The notes beneath the pieces are model-generated. The model worked only from the letters and a program-made list of their open reading frames with translations. It was not told the DNA's origin and did not search any database. A stretch of 64,000 nt of DNA from Eledone cirrhosa. Its lineage: Eukaryota. Position 1 is the first letter of the stretch, and each line of letters opens with the position of its first letter. The position numbers and the translations under genes are program-made. Where the stretch lies: assembly GCA_964016885.1 (NCBI GenBank), contig OZ024747.1:13888001-13952000 (forward strand), given 5' to 3'. Below are positions 35,740 through 51,302 of this stretch, piece after piece.

Positions 35740-36615
35740 GATTAACGTCCATCTTCCACGCTAGCATGGGTTAGACAGGTCTTATTTAGAGGCAAGTTGT
35801 GTCGGGTGACCATGTCTCGCTTATATAGGGGTGTTTCTGGCAGGTTTTCTACGGCTGGATGCCCTTCCTAACACCAACCACATTTACAGTATGGACTGGG
35901 AGCCTTTTTACCGTGTCTCCTACACGACCACTTTACAGCATGGACTGAGTGCTTTTTTGTCGTGACACCTACACAACCTCTTTAGTTTGAACTGGATGTT
36001 CTGTGCTACCAACATGACATTACAGAGAAAGCGTGGTGTTGGTGGGAGTGGGAGGATGGAGTAGGGGTAGTGCGTTGAGGTGTATATTTGGTTAAGAGGT
36101 GCCTACTGACTTTATATATGTATACTGATATGTATACATATCCTAATTATATTACTATGTCCATAGTAATAGTTTCTAATTTAGGCACAAGTCCAGCAGA
36201 GGAAAAAGTAGATTAAATCACCTCCAGTATTCGACTGGTACTTTATTTTATTGGCATTCTGAAGGAGCAAACTAAGTTAACCATTGCAAGATTTGACTTT
36301 TGTCTATAATAATGAAGGTAATTGCTCTGGTGGCTGTGATGATCCTATACTAAGATATACCTACTTGATATAACTGATGACCTTAGTCATTTCTATTATT
36401 TTAGAATGTTTAACAATGCATCTCTAGTTCTTCCTTATGTCTTATCTATCTGAAATTTGATAGTGTATAGCTACTTAAAAATTTATAGTAAATGTTGGTT
36501 AGTCGTCAAGCGTAGATGTGTTTGTGGTGTTCATATGCTAGATAGATATTTATATTAGTATTGTCAGATCTTATAAGATATGATCTATATGCTTTCCTAC
36601 TATTTCACCAATGTT

Positions 36616-36659
<44 letters not shown>

Positions 36660-37317
36660 TTTTAAATCTTGCTTTTCTATGATGGCATAGATTGGATGGG
36701 ACTTTTTGAGGCAGTTTTTCTACAGCTGGATGTTTTTTTCTGATATCAACCAATACTTGATCTCACAAGTATGATACATACCATTCATCTTTGTTGACTG
36801 TTATACTGATCAAAGTATTGTTTATGTAGGATATCAACAACTGTAACCAGTTGGTTTAAATGTTATTGATATAAAGATGCATGTGGTAGTTTGACACACA
36901 GACACATACATACGTGTGAGTGTCAGTTTACCACAAACATCTTCATACTGATAGTGTTTCATAGATAACATCATCATTTAATGATTTAATGCCCATTTTT
37001 CCATACTGGCATGGGTTGCATTATAGATAAGCAACACTATAGTAGATATATGGTCTCTAACAGCTATGCTAGAATTGGCTTTAAAACCTTGGTAGCATGC
37101 AACTGTGTTGAGAATTTATTCATTATATATATATATAATATATATAGTTCAAGGAGACAACAAACAGGTACAAAATGTTTTATTGGTTTCATGCTTTATA
37201 TTGAAAAGAGGAAGAAAAGTTTAACATGTTGGGCTTTTCGAACCTGGATATTTACTTACGCCTTGTGACTGTTCTATTTACCATCCTGTCCAGCCAGTGG
37301 ATTACCCACAGACCTCG

Positions 37318-37348
<31 letters not shown>

Positions 37349-37735
37349 CTATACGAGCGAAACACGGTCACCCGACCAATCTTGCTTCAAGTGGGACAAT
37401 TTCCCAATCCCATCTAACCCATGCTAGTGTGGAAGATAGACGTTAAATGATGATGATATATATATATATATATATGTATATGTTGGTACCACAACATCCA
37501 GCCCGAAACAAACGAGGTCGTGTAGATGTCACGACAAAAAAAACACACAGTCCACGCTGTAATGTGGTCGTGTAGGTAACACGGTAAATGTGGTTGGTGT
37601 TAGGAAGGGCATCCAGCCGTAGAAAACCCGCCAGACAGTCCTATGCGAGCAAGACAACCACTCTTGCCACAAGTGGGAAAACTCCCGTCCAAACCCATGC
37701 GAGCATGGAATATGGACATTAAACGATGATGATGA

Positions 37736-37794
<59 letters not shown>

Positions 37795-40700
37795 GATGAA
37801 GATAGATAGAGTCCAGATTATCATGTGTAGTTTTACGATCATTTTTTCTTATCCTATAAAGATAGATAGATTAAAATCTGTGATTAGGCAGTACAGGACA
37901 TACATACAAGCTCTGATATTATCAGAGCTTTTATCAGCGATAATGGAGAATTACTGTTCTGATGAGTAAAAGCCTTTAAAATATAAGTATTTTTGAATGT
38001 GTATGAACAATACCATCTATTAAAACATATAATAGGAATCTAATACCTAATGTACTTTCAAGTAGATGTATATTAAGAAAGTAATATACATCTGCTTGAC
38101 CCACTTGAAATAGTTCTATACAACCTCCTTTATTAGCTGGCAGTAATAAATGATTTTTTTAATGTCAGAATGTTTTTATTATTTCTTTAACTATTATTTT
38201 TCTTTCTTTCTTTGAAGGTTCCAAAGAGACTTCCTACAATGTTCTGTTGGAGTTGGCATCTAAATATCTCTCTTCTCTACAGCTTAACTTACTTAAGCTG
38301 ACGTTATCGTTGCGAGTTCATTCTCCAGATGTTGAGATGTATAGTCAGGTTTGTACTCTTACTATATATTTCACAAGTTTCTATTTTTGACAGCCTTCAG
38401 TCCTCAATTGTTATAAGCACCCTTCCACTTCTGGCAAATTGGTTGAGTTGTTAGAGCAAAGCAGAAATAGACCTGTGATATATATTGTTCTGGAGAACTC
38501 AGAGTTCAAACACACCATCGTCAACTTTGCCTTTCACTTTCATCCTGTCAGGGTTGATAAAGTAAGGTACTTGTCTAAGTCAGCGAATGGCCAGGATTGG
38601 TAACCTACCATACTCTGAATGCCTTGCTTCCCTGGGCATGGATTCATTGAAGCTCCGACGTCTGGCAATGGACTTGGTAAACACCCACAAAGTTATTAAC
38701 CATCTCGCCAACAACAACCCTGAGCACCTTTTTGATCTCCATGGATCTAACACACATGGACATGCCTACAAAGTCAGAAAACAGCACAGCTCCCATGACT
38801 TTTGGAAACATTTTTTCACGCTTAGAGTTGCTGAAGCATGGAACAAACTGCCTGCGTCAGTTGTTAGCTGCCAAGACACTGCATCCTTTAAAACCCTCAT
38901 GCTTCCCGAAAATCGCCAAAACTACACCTGATGTCTCCTTTCCATACACATGCACACATCTGTATATCATGACTCATGCACTGTTCATTTTCCTGACGTT
39001 TGTACATTACCCTATGTACTATACATACACTTTTTGATGAGTTGTAGTGCACCTGAGCACTGTACACAATATTTTCATTTCATTATTATTATAAAATTAG
39101 ATGAGATGCCTTGCAGTATTTGTTCCAGCATTCTGCATTCTGCACTCAAATCATGCTCTGGCCTATTTATGAGGTAGACTTAATCTGTCCCCTGGTTTAA
39201 CACTACTAATTGTCCTTTTGGTGCCTTGAATAGGTTCCACTCTGTTGTGAACATGATGATTTTTACTAGTAGACAAATCATTGAGAAAATGTGTAGTATT
39301 AGAGTAAAAAACTTGAATTTTCATATGATGCACTTTTTAAAAATTTCTTACTAATGTATATCATGTGATACAGGATGTTAAGAGTTATTGGTCTTGTCTA
39401 AAGTATTATTTTGTTTCTTTCTTTCTTGTAGTTGGCACAAGAAGAAAAAAGAAAATTAATTTCTTCCCAATTGGGTGTAGCAGACAACTGTGATGTCTTT
39501 GTAAATATTCATGGTGAAATAACATGTAACTTTAAGGATATAGATGCACTCATTAAGTCAGCTCCGAACAGGTAAATTCTCATTTTATATATGTAATTTA
39601 TGCTGTAAGAGGTGACTAAAAAGGGTTGGTGCCAGTAAGGGCATCTGGCTGCAAAGCATTGCCTCACAAATGGCTTCATGATGAATATGAAGCTTGTGCT
39701 CACTTAGTTCAGTTTTTATGATATTATTTTCAAAGTGTGTTTATTTTATTGTAGACTAAAGGCTGTTACCTACAAATTTGACCATCATTACCCAAGTCCA
39801 GTTAAAGCTGATGCATTAGTCATTTTATATGCTCAGCTCGGAGATTCTTCAACATCAGAATTTCATCAGTACCTAAAAAAGCTGACTGTCAACAAAAAAA
39901 TCAATTATGTGTTCCGGCATTACATTCCAGTAAGTTCTGTTTCTTTCTATATTGTCATTGTTACAGTTGATGGTGTATTGGCTGAGTCATTAAAGAATCA
40001 AATTAAAGGCCTTGTGGTATTTGTTCTAGATCTCTGGGCTCTGAGTTTAAATTCTCTTGGTCAAATTTGTCTTTCAGTATTTTGGGGTTGATAAATAAAG
40101 TATAAGTCCAGGGTTGTGGACTGCGAGAATTGCTAGAGCAACAAACTGTATGCTTTGCAGTATCTGTTTCAGCTTTCAGTCACCAAAACAATGGTGACAT
40201 GATAAGACTGGAGCCCCTGTCATTGAAACCCTCAAGAGGCCTGTAAGGTGCAACCTATTTGGAGGCTGGTTAACCTGCAAGGTGTTAGTTGTAGCAACAA
40301 CAACATTATCACAATAGCACATTTTGTTTTTCACTTTGGCTGATGTAGATCACCACATGTATCTTTTGTTGTTGTTTAACTCCAGATTAACCTTGATTGA
40401 GTAGAAGTATAATCAAAGTAGTTCCAACTGGGACCATCCCATCGTTTTTTTTTTTATATATGATTGATGCACTGGAAATCACCATTGGTTTCAATGGTGG
40501 GCATTCATTTTGAGTAACTGAATATATGACTTATAAATTAACATGTAAGTGGTTGAGTATTGTATTAACATAATTCTCAGGCACAATCAGCACGACATTT
40601 GAATTACAGGTATAATTCATGCAACAAGCTTCCATAAAGGTTCCATCTAATTAATTTCACTTACAAGCCTTGGGTTGACCTGAGACTATGGTAAAGACAC

Positions 40701-43700
40701 TAGGTAAAGATACCACACAGTGGGATTGAGCTTGGGATCTCATCATTCCATAGCAAACTTCTTACCCACTTAGCTACACTATGAGTACATTATCCAACAT
40801 GTTCTTCCTCATTTTAAATGGTGAGGAGTGATTTGAGGGAGATTTGGTTGCTACATCTTGAAGGTTGAGTGACCATACTGTGTCTTCCTTCCTCTATATC
40901 TCATTTTGTTCATTAATATAACTTCATTATGATTGTTTTCTTTTTAAGACCACAATTATTTCATTTTAAAGTAGTTTATTTTTTTATTTTCAATTTATTT
41001 TCTAACAGAAACCTTCTAATGAAAGAGTTTATCTGTCAGGCTATGCTGTTGAGCTGGCGATAAAAAGTACAGAATATAAAGCTAAAGATGATACTAAAGT
41101 TGAAGGTAGGTTTGTTTGTTTTTTATCTCTCTATTACCACCACTCCTTTGGTAAGTAACATTGTAACTCCCTTCATTTCCCATCATTGCCCTCCCTACCT
41201 GGCTGTGGGTAACAAAATGAATGTTTAGGTGTTGAAAAGTAGTAGTACTGGTGTCATGGTAAAATGCACTCAGTCCACACTGTAAAATCACAAGACTCAC
41301 TGATGTTAACTAGGAGTCATAACACAAGCATTCATCTGAATCACTACCTCCTTACGGACAACTGACGCTGCACACCAGGTCCGAACACAGAAGAGCTGAA
41401 CTCCCACTGTCATCGCCTCCATCTTTCTCTCACCCTCCCCATCTCTCTGTATTATGAGCAAATGCTGGTGCATTGACAAAAAGTACTGAATCTACCCTGT
41501 AAAGTGGTATTGCAAATTATACATAAATATATACAGTGCTTTCATTGGTCTTTTTCAAAGTTCCTCATTGTTTAGAGTTGTTCCAAGAAGAAAGAAGAGA
41601 AAGGTATAAATTTGTTGTTTAATCCCAAATTGATCCTGACTGAGCAGACTTATGATTGGAGGTCTTCTAGCCTCATGACTCCCATCCCATCTCCTTATTC
41701 ATAGTGTATCGAGGACAACATTACCTACATTTGGTTGCTATTTTTAACAGTTTATCTGACTGCATCGGTGGTTTTAAGGCATGGCTTTGATAGTAGGAGC
41801 TGATTTATGACATTTTGTTTCATATAATGTAGTTTCCAGATAAATAGATTTTTGTTTGTTTCCAATTTGTAAGATTTCTTCGTCTTCATATATTTTAGAT
41901 GAAAAGGCAAAATCCTCCGAGGAAGATGATAACTGGGAACAAGAACTGAAGGGTTTCAATTTTCAAAAACTGTCGTAAGTATTTCACTACAGGGTCATCA
42001 TCATCATTATCATCATCACAATTTAAAATCTGTTTTCCATGCTTGCATGGGTTAGACAAGTTGTCATGTTATGTTGCCAGGCAGGTTAGGAGACCATGTC
42101 TTGCTCATGAAAATAGCTCCTGGTTGAAGCTATAATGTGGTTGGTGTTAGGAAGCACCTCTAATCATAGAAGAACAAAGCTAGAATTGGATCATATGAGC
42201 AAGATATAGTCACCTAACATGCCTGACCTCATAATGTGACAACATGTTTAACCCATGCATAGGAAATAGACATTAAACAATCATGATGATGACATATACT
42301 TATTTATTACTTGTATTTTCTTACTGGTTTTGTTTTAAACTAGACCTGTACAACAGAAGACATTTGGGTTGCATGTCGCCTGATGGGTGGGAACCTTTCT
42401 ATAATCTGTGAAGAATTTTAGAATGATAAATATTTATAAGTAAATTATGGACAAAACAATATTTCCCATTGAAAATATCAGGACTTTTTTTGTTGTTTTT
42501 ACTGTTTAACCCTTTAGCATTTAAACCAACCGTATCCAACCAGAATTATCCCCTCTCTTTTTGTTCAAACCGGCCACTCATACTGATGTTATTGTTCCCA
42601 AAATAAGTAATATCAAAATCTCATAGATTTGATATTATGTTAGATAAAGACTTTACTGTGAAAATACAATAGTATATATAGAGTAATGTAAAGGGTAAAG
42701 GGTTAATCAGGAAGGCGAAAGTAGTGCCTATAATCTCTTGATAAACTAAATTAATATCTGTTTTCTTCTCTAATATTTTAATTTTTTTCAGACAGCTCTA
42801 TCCTGATCTAAAACCTAAGCTACGGGAATTTCATGACTATCTCTTAGATACAGCCACAGAACTCACACCAATGAAAGTCTGGCAGTTACAAGGTTTGTTC
42901 TACTGTATTCTTACATATTCATTGGAAATGTTTTAGATCTTGTTTATTGTCTTGAAGCTTGATAAAAGGTGCCTGGTATACTCTGTAAAATGGTTGACAT
43001 TAGGAAGGGCATCTAGCTGTAGAAACTGTACCAAAAATGTGTTGAGAAGACAGTACTCTTCAGATGTATCAAGGTTATAACATGCTGCCTAGTTCTGATA
43101 AAATGACAGAGTGCACTCTGTAAAGTGGTTGGTGCTAGGAAGGGCATACTCATTGTAGAGAGACCATGCCCCAAAATGGTTGAGAGGATTCTTCAATCAT
43201 ATCAAGAACTCGACAACCTCTCTAATGCTGGTGTCATTATAAAATGCACTTAGTGTTCTCTGTAAAATGATTGGCATTAGGGTGGGCATTGGGCCATAGA
43301 AACCATGACTAAGCTGCAGCATATGTAAACGAGGTGTAGCTCCCCAACCTATCTAAGTGGACAATAACTCTGATTAAGTACTGACTGTGCTAGCAAGGAA
43401 AAGTGGATTTAAAGTGATGATGGTGATAAATTTATTTGTAAATTAATGTCACTAGCCTGTTCCAAGTATGATATAGTTTTAGGTTAGTTCTGTGTTTTAT
43501 CATTTCAACTCTACTACAAGCAATTCATTATCATCATCATTTAACCCTTTAGCATTTAAACCGGCCATATCCAGCCAGAATTCCTCTCCTCTTTCTGTTC
43601 AAACTGGCCGTAACTGGCTGCTGATACTGACATTAAGGTATTGTTCTCAAAATACATAACATCAGTATCTCATTGATTGGATATTATGTGTGATAATTAT

Positions 43701-46700
43701 GTGAGATAAAGCCTTTACTGCAAAAATACAATAGTATATATAGAGTAATGTAAATGCTAAAGGGTAAACATGTTTTCACTGCTAAGATAATAAGTCCTCT
43801 AATAGCTACATTATTATAGACCAATTTATCATCATCTTGGTTGTTATAATCACATTTCAGTTATTGTATCTTCTCACCATCTTTAAATACCTGGCATATT
43901 TTGTCATGTTATCAGAATTTGAATTGGTTCATAAATTTGATAGCAAATATTCCTCTGTTCTGTTCACTGAGACCATGAAGCAGTTAATGCCTGGGACTCT
44001 GCATGCAAGAGAACATTCACCCACAATGTCTAGGCATACATCATTTAGGTAGCACTGAATAGAAGTAGAGAATGACTGCTGAGAAACAGTAGCTAAAGTA
44101 ACAATAAATTTGTAAGTCCCAGATATTGCTAGAAATATTGATTATATATGAACACAGATCAAAGTAACAACAGCTAAAGAATTCAGTGTTGCATTCAATT
44201 TCTTCATTTCAGACCTTAGTTTACAAGCTGCTCAAAAAGCAATATCAACACCACCTAAAGACGCTCTTAGTGTCCTACAAACCATCAGTCAAAACTTCCC
44301 AGTTCAAGCAAGGTTTGTCATATTTTGGTATTTGTTTGTATGTGTATTTAACCCTTTCATTACTATATTTCTCATGAAAGACACTTCTCAATAATATTCA
44401 AATTATTTTTAAAATAATCAAGAATTTAATGGGATTCCGTAATATAACTAACTTTCACACAGTTAAACTAGTATTTGGAACATAACTGAACAAATGTTCT
44501 TAAATATAATTATCATAGAAAGTTTTTTTTTATAAATAAAAACGGTAAAATAACCAGCTTTGTATTGCAGAACTGGGGAATGGGGTGGGGATTCATGTGC
44601 TTTGGTATCCATTTAAAAAAAAAATTCTTTTAAGTGTATGACATAACCTCAATGTAGAAAGTTGTACTGCCAATCAGCTACTCTGATGATGATGATGATA
44701 ATAGGTAATAATAATTGTTTAATGTTGTCTTTTAATAAGTAATAATTATTTTTCAGATCACTTGTTCGGACGTCAGTGTCAAGTGAGTTACGTTCAGAAA
44801 TTGTGAAAAATCAAAAGGTAATTTTGAGATGTTCAGTGGCTCTTGAGCATCTGTTTTTCACTATAAACTTTGGCTGATCTATGTCTTGTTAGTTTGATCG
44901 ATAAAAATTGAAGGGAAGCCCATTGTATATCGGTGTGTGTGTGTTTGACTCTGCATTTTTGCTTCATATTGGCACTGATTTTGCAACTACTGATGTTTGT
45001 TTATATCCTGCAGATCAGCTCTTCACTGTACCTTACTTTCGTATCTGGCCATTGAATACTGTCTCAAAAACATCTCATCCAACCCATGCCAGCATGAAAA
45101 AATAGACCTAAAAAAATAATGGTCATCATTTATCATTTTTAAGTGTACTATTTTTTTTCTGTGTTTTTTTTTATCTTCTCTTTTTTCTATACTTGTTCTA
45201 CAGTTATTCTGTTAACCCTTTAGCATTTACATTACTCTCTATATATTATTTTTGTGGTAAGGGTTTTATCTTACATAATTATCCCACATAATATTGAATG
45301 TACAAGATTTTGATATTATTCATTTTGAGAACAATACCTTAACATAAGTAAGAGCAGCCAGTTACGGCTGGTTTTAACAGAAAGAAGTGAGAGAATTCTG
45401 GCCAGATATGGCTGGTTTAAATGCTAAAGGGTTAAGTTAAATGTTTTCCAGAAACCCATTTATATATATAGATTTATTTCAGCTAAAATAAAAAATATGT
45501 ATTGCAATGACTTTCACATGTATGAATAGTATGATGACAATTATCATGATTTTAATGATCATATAGTTTTGTATAATATTAATGTCATTTCTACATTCCA
45601 CAGCATTTTGAGAACTACCACAATCTATCTCCTGGTGAATGTGCCTTGTTTTTGAATGGAATTTCCATTGATGTTGAAGTCTATGATATTTACACTATCT
45701 TGGACTTAATGCATTCTGAAGCTGCTGTTATGGAAGGTCTTTTTTCTCTTGGAGTCAGGGTATGTATTTAACCCTTTTGAAACTGCCCTGGGTTTATGTT
45801 ACAAAACTACTCATTTTAGAATGTTTATCCAATATATTAAAACCTTCCCTCATAATCATATTTTAGAACAGTTTGATATCAATTTACTAATGAAAATCTT
45901 ATGGTTATTTATTAAATTCATTCAAATCTTTGGTTGTTTTCAAAATTAATTGAAACACATAGGCTGTGTATTTTTCATTGGGAATATAGTAATGAAAGGG
46001 TTAATTTTTTCAATATGTGGGTGGTTGGGGAATCATATGTTAGTTGGCACATGCATGGCAGTTTAATCTCATTTCATAACACCTTGGGTTTAATCTCATT
46101 TCATAACACCTTGGGCAAGTGTCTTGTACTATAATATCCTTGGAATAACAAATGCCATGTGAGTGAATTTGGTAGATGGAACGGTCAGAAAGCCTGTGTA
46201 TGTGTGTGTATATATATATATATACATAGTGAAGGCACATGGCTTAGTGGTTAGAGCATTGAGCTTAGTTTCTACAGCTGGATGCCTTCTTAACACTAAC
46301 CACTTCACAGTGTGTACCTTCTGGTATTTGGTAGCATCCTTTTACATTCTGAGTTAAAATCCTGTCCGGGTGTAGTTTATCTGAAGTACCAGGTAACTTA
46401 CAGGGGAAGAATTGATGGTTTAGTTAGGTTAAAGTCTTTTCCAAGCGTAGAGTATCGTCAAATCACAGCTTATTCCTGTTTTTTTTTTATTGACTGAAAG
46501 TACAAGACTGCTTGCTGCCTGGACAAAATGCCATTCCATTGCAAAGTTAACCTCTCCAGCTGCTGCTATTCATTTTCAGCTGAGTGAACTTGAGCAATGA
46601 GAAATGGAATGTTTTGCTCAAGAACATAGCATGCTGCCTTGTCTGAGAATGAAACCTATGACACTGTGAATGAGCTCAGCCATTTCGCTGCATGCCTTCG

Positions 46701-49700
46701 CTGGGAACCGACTCTAATTAATTATGCCCTTTATGGTGGCGCTAATTCATAGCTACAGAAAAAAAAAAATTCATTTGTTTTGTTATTTATATAATAAAAT
46801 TATTCCTGGGAAAATCATGTGATTTGTTTTTAAATTTCTTATCTAATGTATTTCTTCAATTATTTTTACATTAGGAGGAGATTTTAAATAAATTGGTAAA
46901 GTTGGATTTAAAAAACAGTGGTGATGATTATGTCCTAGATTTCCGGCATTCTTCTATTGTGGTAAGTACATTTTCAATTTCTTCCATTGTTTAACACTTT
47001 TGATACCAAACCATCTCTAGTTCTCCGGCACAAAATTGTTTTAACCCATTAGCATTTACATTACTCTATATATACTATTGTATTTTTGTGGTAAAGGCTT
47101 TATCTCACATAATATCGAATCTATGAGATTTTGATTTTATTTATTTTAAGAACAATACCTTAACATCAGTATGAGTGGCCAATTACAGCCGGTTTGAACT
47201 GAAAGAGGTGAGAGAATTCAGGCCGGATATAACCGGTTTAAATGCAAAAGGTTGAAGTGGTTATGTGTGTTTAGAAAGCTGTACCCACTTTTCAGTTTCA
47301 TATTCCACAATGCTTGATATGTGGTAACGATGATTAATAGGGTATTTTTTATTCTATATCTATTCCAGTATGTAAATGATTTAGAAAAGGACACAAAGTA
47401 TCGACGTTGGTCTAGGAGTATGCAAGAAATGCTGAGACCCACTTTTCCTGGAATGTTAAGACACATTGCTAAGAATATTTTCCATATGGTATGTAGTATT
47501 TTTCATGTTTTTTGTACTGCTTTTAGTTTTTGAACTGCTGCTGAGCTAGGTCAATATCTTTAAGGGTTCTCTTTCAGTTATATCAACTCCAGTACCTATT
47601 CTATTAATCTTGATTTATGGAATGGCTAAATCTATCTTGGCATCAAGGAATGGAATAAATACCACAATATATTTTTGTTTGATGCACCAATTTATTAGTA
47701 ATCTGTCATCTATATACTCACATACGCCCATACATATTCATATGTGTATGTATATATGTATACATACATACTTACATGACAATCTCTTGTACAGCAAATT
47801 TCACTGAGAGTGCATTTTCCTGTCACCAAAGCTACACTATTTTTATGGATAAGACACATCTTTTTGGCTTATCAACATCACTGTATGACATCTAGTTTCC
47901 CTGCTGGCATGGGAACCACTTTACAGCATGAACTGGGAGCATTTTATTGTGATTTTTGCTTTCCCACCTCACAGGGTCGACTAGGTGCTTTTCATTGTGG
48001 TGCCAGCACCACCACTTTACAGTGTGGGCTTGATGTGTTAGTCCATTTAACTGTTCATCTCATTACTTCAAGCTGTAAGAATATAATGTAATTAACAAGA
48101 GGTCTATGAGTTTGTATTGTTAAGTGTGTCTTTGTGCTTGCCAACTGAAACTAATGGAATGTTGACTAGTCATATGCATTCTCTCTAACAGGTATTTGTA
48201 TATTTTATTCATTGCATATTTTATTCATTTTTGTCCTTGCAGGTGTTTGTACTTGATCCATCTAAGTCCTCAAGCCGAGATTTATTGAAGATAGCTGAAG
48301 CATTTTTTGTTCACAGTGCACCTGTCAGGTTGGTTTTTGTAAAAATGTTTTGGATTTTTTTCCTGTTAATCTTTTCCCTCATCACATGGGATCCAACATC
48401 TCATTATGTCATCATCATCATTTAATGTCTATTTTCCATGCTTGCATGGGTTAAACAGGCTATCTCATATTGAGGATGTATGTGTCCAGCTTACAATAGA
48501 TACACCACTGTATCTCTGCATATCATATGTAGTGACTAAAAGGGTTTGTATCAGGAAGGGCATATGGCTGTAAAATAGGTCCAGTCAAACCCATGCCAGC
48601 ATGGAAAAGTCAATGTAAACATGATTATGATAAGGCTAGATTTGTTTGTACATTCCATTTTTGGCTTGGTTTCTCTGGCTATATGCCCTTCCTAACAGCA
48701 TTCACTTTACAGCATGTACTGGGAGCATTTCATTGCAACTCCGGTACCTTCCAAGGTGAACTGAATGCTTTTTGTCTTGGCACTAGCACGATTGCCTTAC
48801 GTGACAGCCTGTATGGTTTTTGTCATGGCACCAGCACTATCACCTAACAGGATTAAGTGCTGTTTAACCAACAAACACTTAACTCTCAAAAACCAACTTG
48901 CTGTGAATATGTACCACATATTGACATAATCCCACTACTATAATTACTGATGTTAGTATGAAGATGCACAGAGAAAGACAGATGCATGCATATATGCATA
49001 TATCATTTTCCATAACCAAATTCACTCATTAGGCATTGGTCAGCCGGAGGGTATAGAAAACACTTGTCCAAGGTGCAGTGCCATAGGATTAACTTGAAAC
49101 TATATAGTTATGGATGAAGTGGACATCTAAATAACTGTATCTTCATTTATAGCCATGCCTGTGTATTTCATCTAACTTTAATATCCCCGTCAAAACATTT
49201 GTGATTTTGTGTAAATGTTAGAAATTAATAGGATTGTAGCAATGAACTATTTTGTGTAAATGTTAAAAATTAATAGGATTGTAGCAATGAACTATTTTGT
49301 GTAAATGTTAGTAATTAATAGGATTGTAGCAATGAACTATTTTGTGTAAATGTTAGTAATTAATAGGATTGTAGCAATGAACTATTTTGTGTAAATGTTA
49401 GTAATTAATAGGATTGTAGCAATGAACTATTTTGTGTAAATGTTAAAAATTAATAGGATTGTAGCAATGAACTATTTTGTGTAAATGTTAAAAATTAATA
49501 GGATTGTAGCAATGAACTATTTTGTGTAAATGTTAGAAATTAATAGGATTGTAGCAATGAACTATTTTGTGTAAATGTTAGTAATTAATAGGATTGTAGC
49601 AATGAACTATTTTGTGTAAATGTTAAAAATTATTAGGATTGTAGCAATGTTAGTAATTAATAGGATTGTAGCAATGAACTATTTTGTGTAAATGTTAGAA

Positions 49701-51268
49701 ATTAATAGGATTGTAGCAATGAACTATTTTGTGTAAATGTTAAAAATTAATAGGATTGTAGCAATGAACTATTTTGTGTAAATGTTAAAAATTAATAGGA
49801 TTGTAGCAATGAACTATTTTGTGTAAATGTTAGAAATTAATAGGATTGTAGCAATGAACTATTTTGTGTAAATGTTAAAAATTATTAGGATTGTAGCAAT
49901 GAACTATTTTGTGTAAATGTTAGTAATTAATAGGATTGTAGCAATGAACTATTTTGTGTAAATGTTAGAAATTAATAGGATTGTAGCAATGAACTATTTT
50001 GTGTAAATGTTAGAAATTAATAGGATTGTAGCAATGAACTATTTTGTGTAAATGTTAGAAATTAATAGGATTGTAGCAATGAACTATTTTGTGTAAATGT
50101 TAGAAATTAATAGGATTGTAGCAATGAACTATTTTTTTGTTTTGTCTTTGATTTCACTGTCAGAAACCTGTTCTTATATTAATATTGTTATTATATTGTA
50201 GGATTGGAATTGTTTTTACTGTGAATGCAAGTAAAGAGGCAGATGGTTTCTCAGATGCTGGTGTAGCTATTGCAAGAGCCTTCCAGTACATCAAAATTGA
50301 TCAGGATGCTGCTTCAGCTCTATCCTTCATCACAGATGTAAGTGGCTTTCTTTGACATTTACTTGAAGTATCATATGGAGGCAGGGAGCTACCATTGAAG
50401 CAGATGTTGAGCTGGGTCTTGGGCATAATGTGATGATGGAAGGTAAACGCACACCTGGTACACACTGTAAAGTGGTTGATGATAGGAAGAGCATCCAACC
50501 GTAGAAATGTTGCCAATCAAAGGGTTGGGAGGACCCTCAGTTGTATCAAAGGCTTGAAAACCTCTCCTAAACACACAATGGAACATAAGACCGTACATAA
50601 GTGTGACACAGATCCCTGGCTTTCTTGGGAGATCAGGGGCTCTGCTTCAGTATGGACTTGGTCTATATAGATCCGTCCAACCCTTGCTAGCAGAGAAAGT
50701 GGATGTTAAAACGACAATGATGATGATGGTATGGCAGCTACATTGAAGTGTAAAACAGTTGGAGAGGATGTTGGGTTGGATCTTAGGAATGGTATGGAAG
50801 AATAAATATAGCAGCTACATTTAAGTATAAAGTGTGTACAGGAGAGATCTACAGATGGAGAGGATCTTGAGAATGATGTGAAGGTACTATTAAATAATGT
50901 GGCAGATACATTTAAGTGTAAAGTGTGTATGAGACAAGAGAGCTACTGAGGGAGGGGATGTTGAGCTGGATCTTGAGAATGGTATGAAGATGGAAGGTGT
51001 GTAAATGTTTGGTACTTTAGAAACATGTTGAAGGGAGAGGGTGGATCAGATTTTGATAAATCTATATGGAAGTGTGTAAGAATTTAAAATTAACCAATAT
51101 CTTTTTCTCTTCACAGCTTTATGACAAACAAAAAGATGATCTCACCCCTAAGTTTATTGCCACAGAATTTGGAAGTCGCTTCAACGATGAGGATTTGAAT
51201 AAAGTTTTTGGAGATGATGATGATTATGATGATCTAAGAAAAGTAAGTATATACATCTCTCTGTATAT

Positions 51269-51302
<34 letters not shown>

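Noticed and set aside
49205-50135. CRISPR-like appearance of the 45-bp array
   Set aside because: No unique spacers, no cas genes, eukaryotic intron; it is a minisatellite
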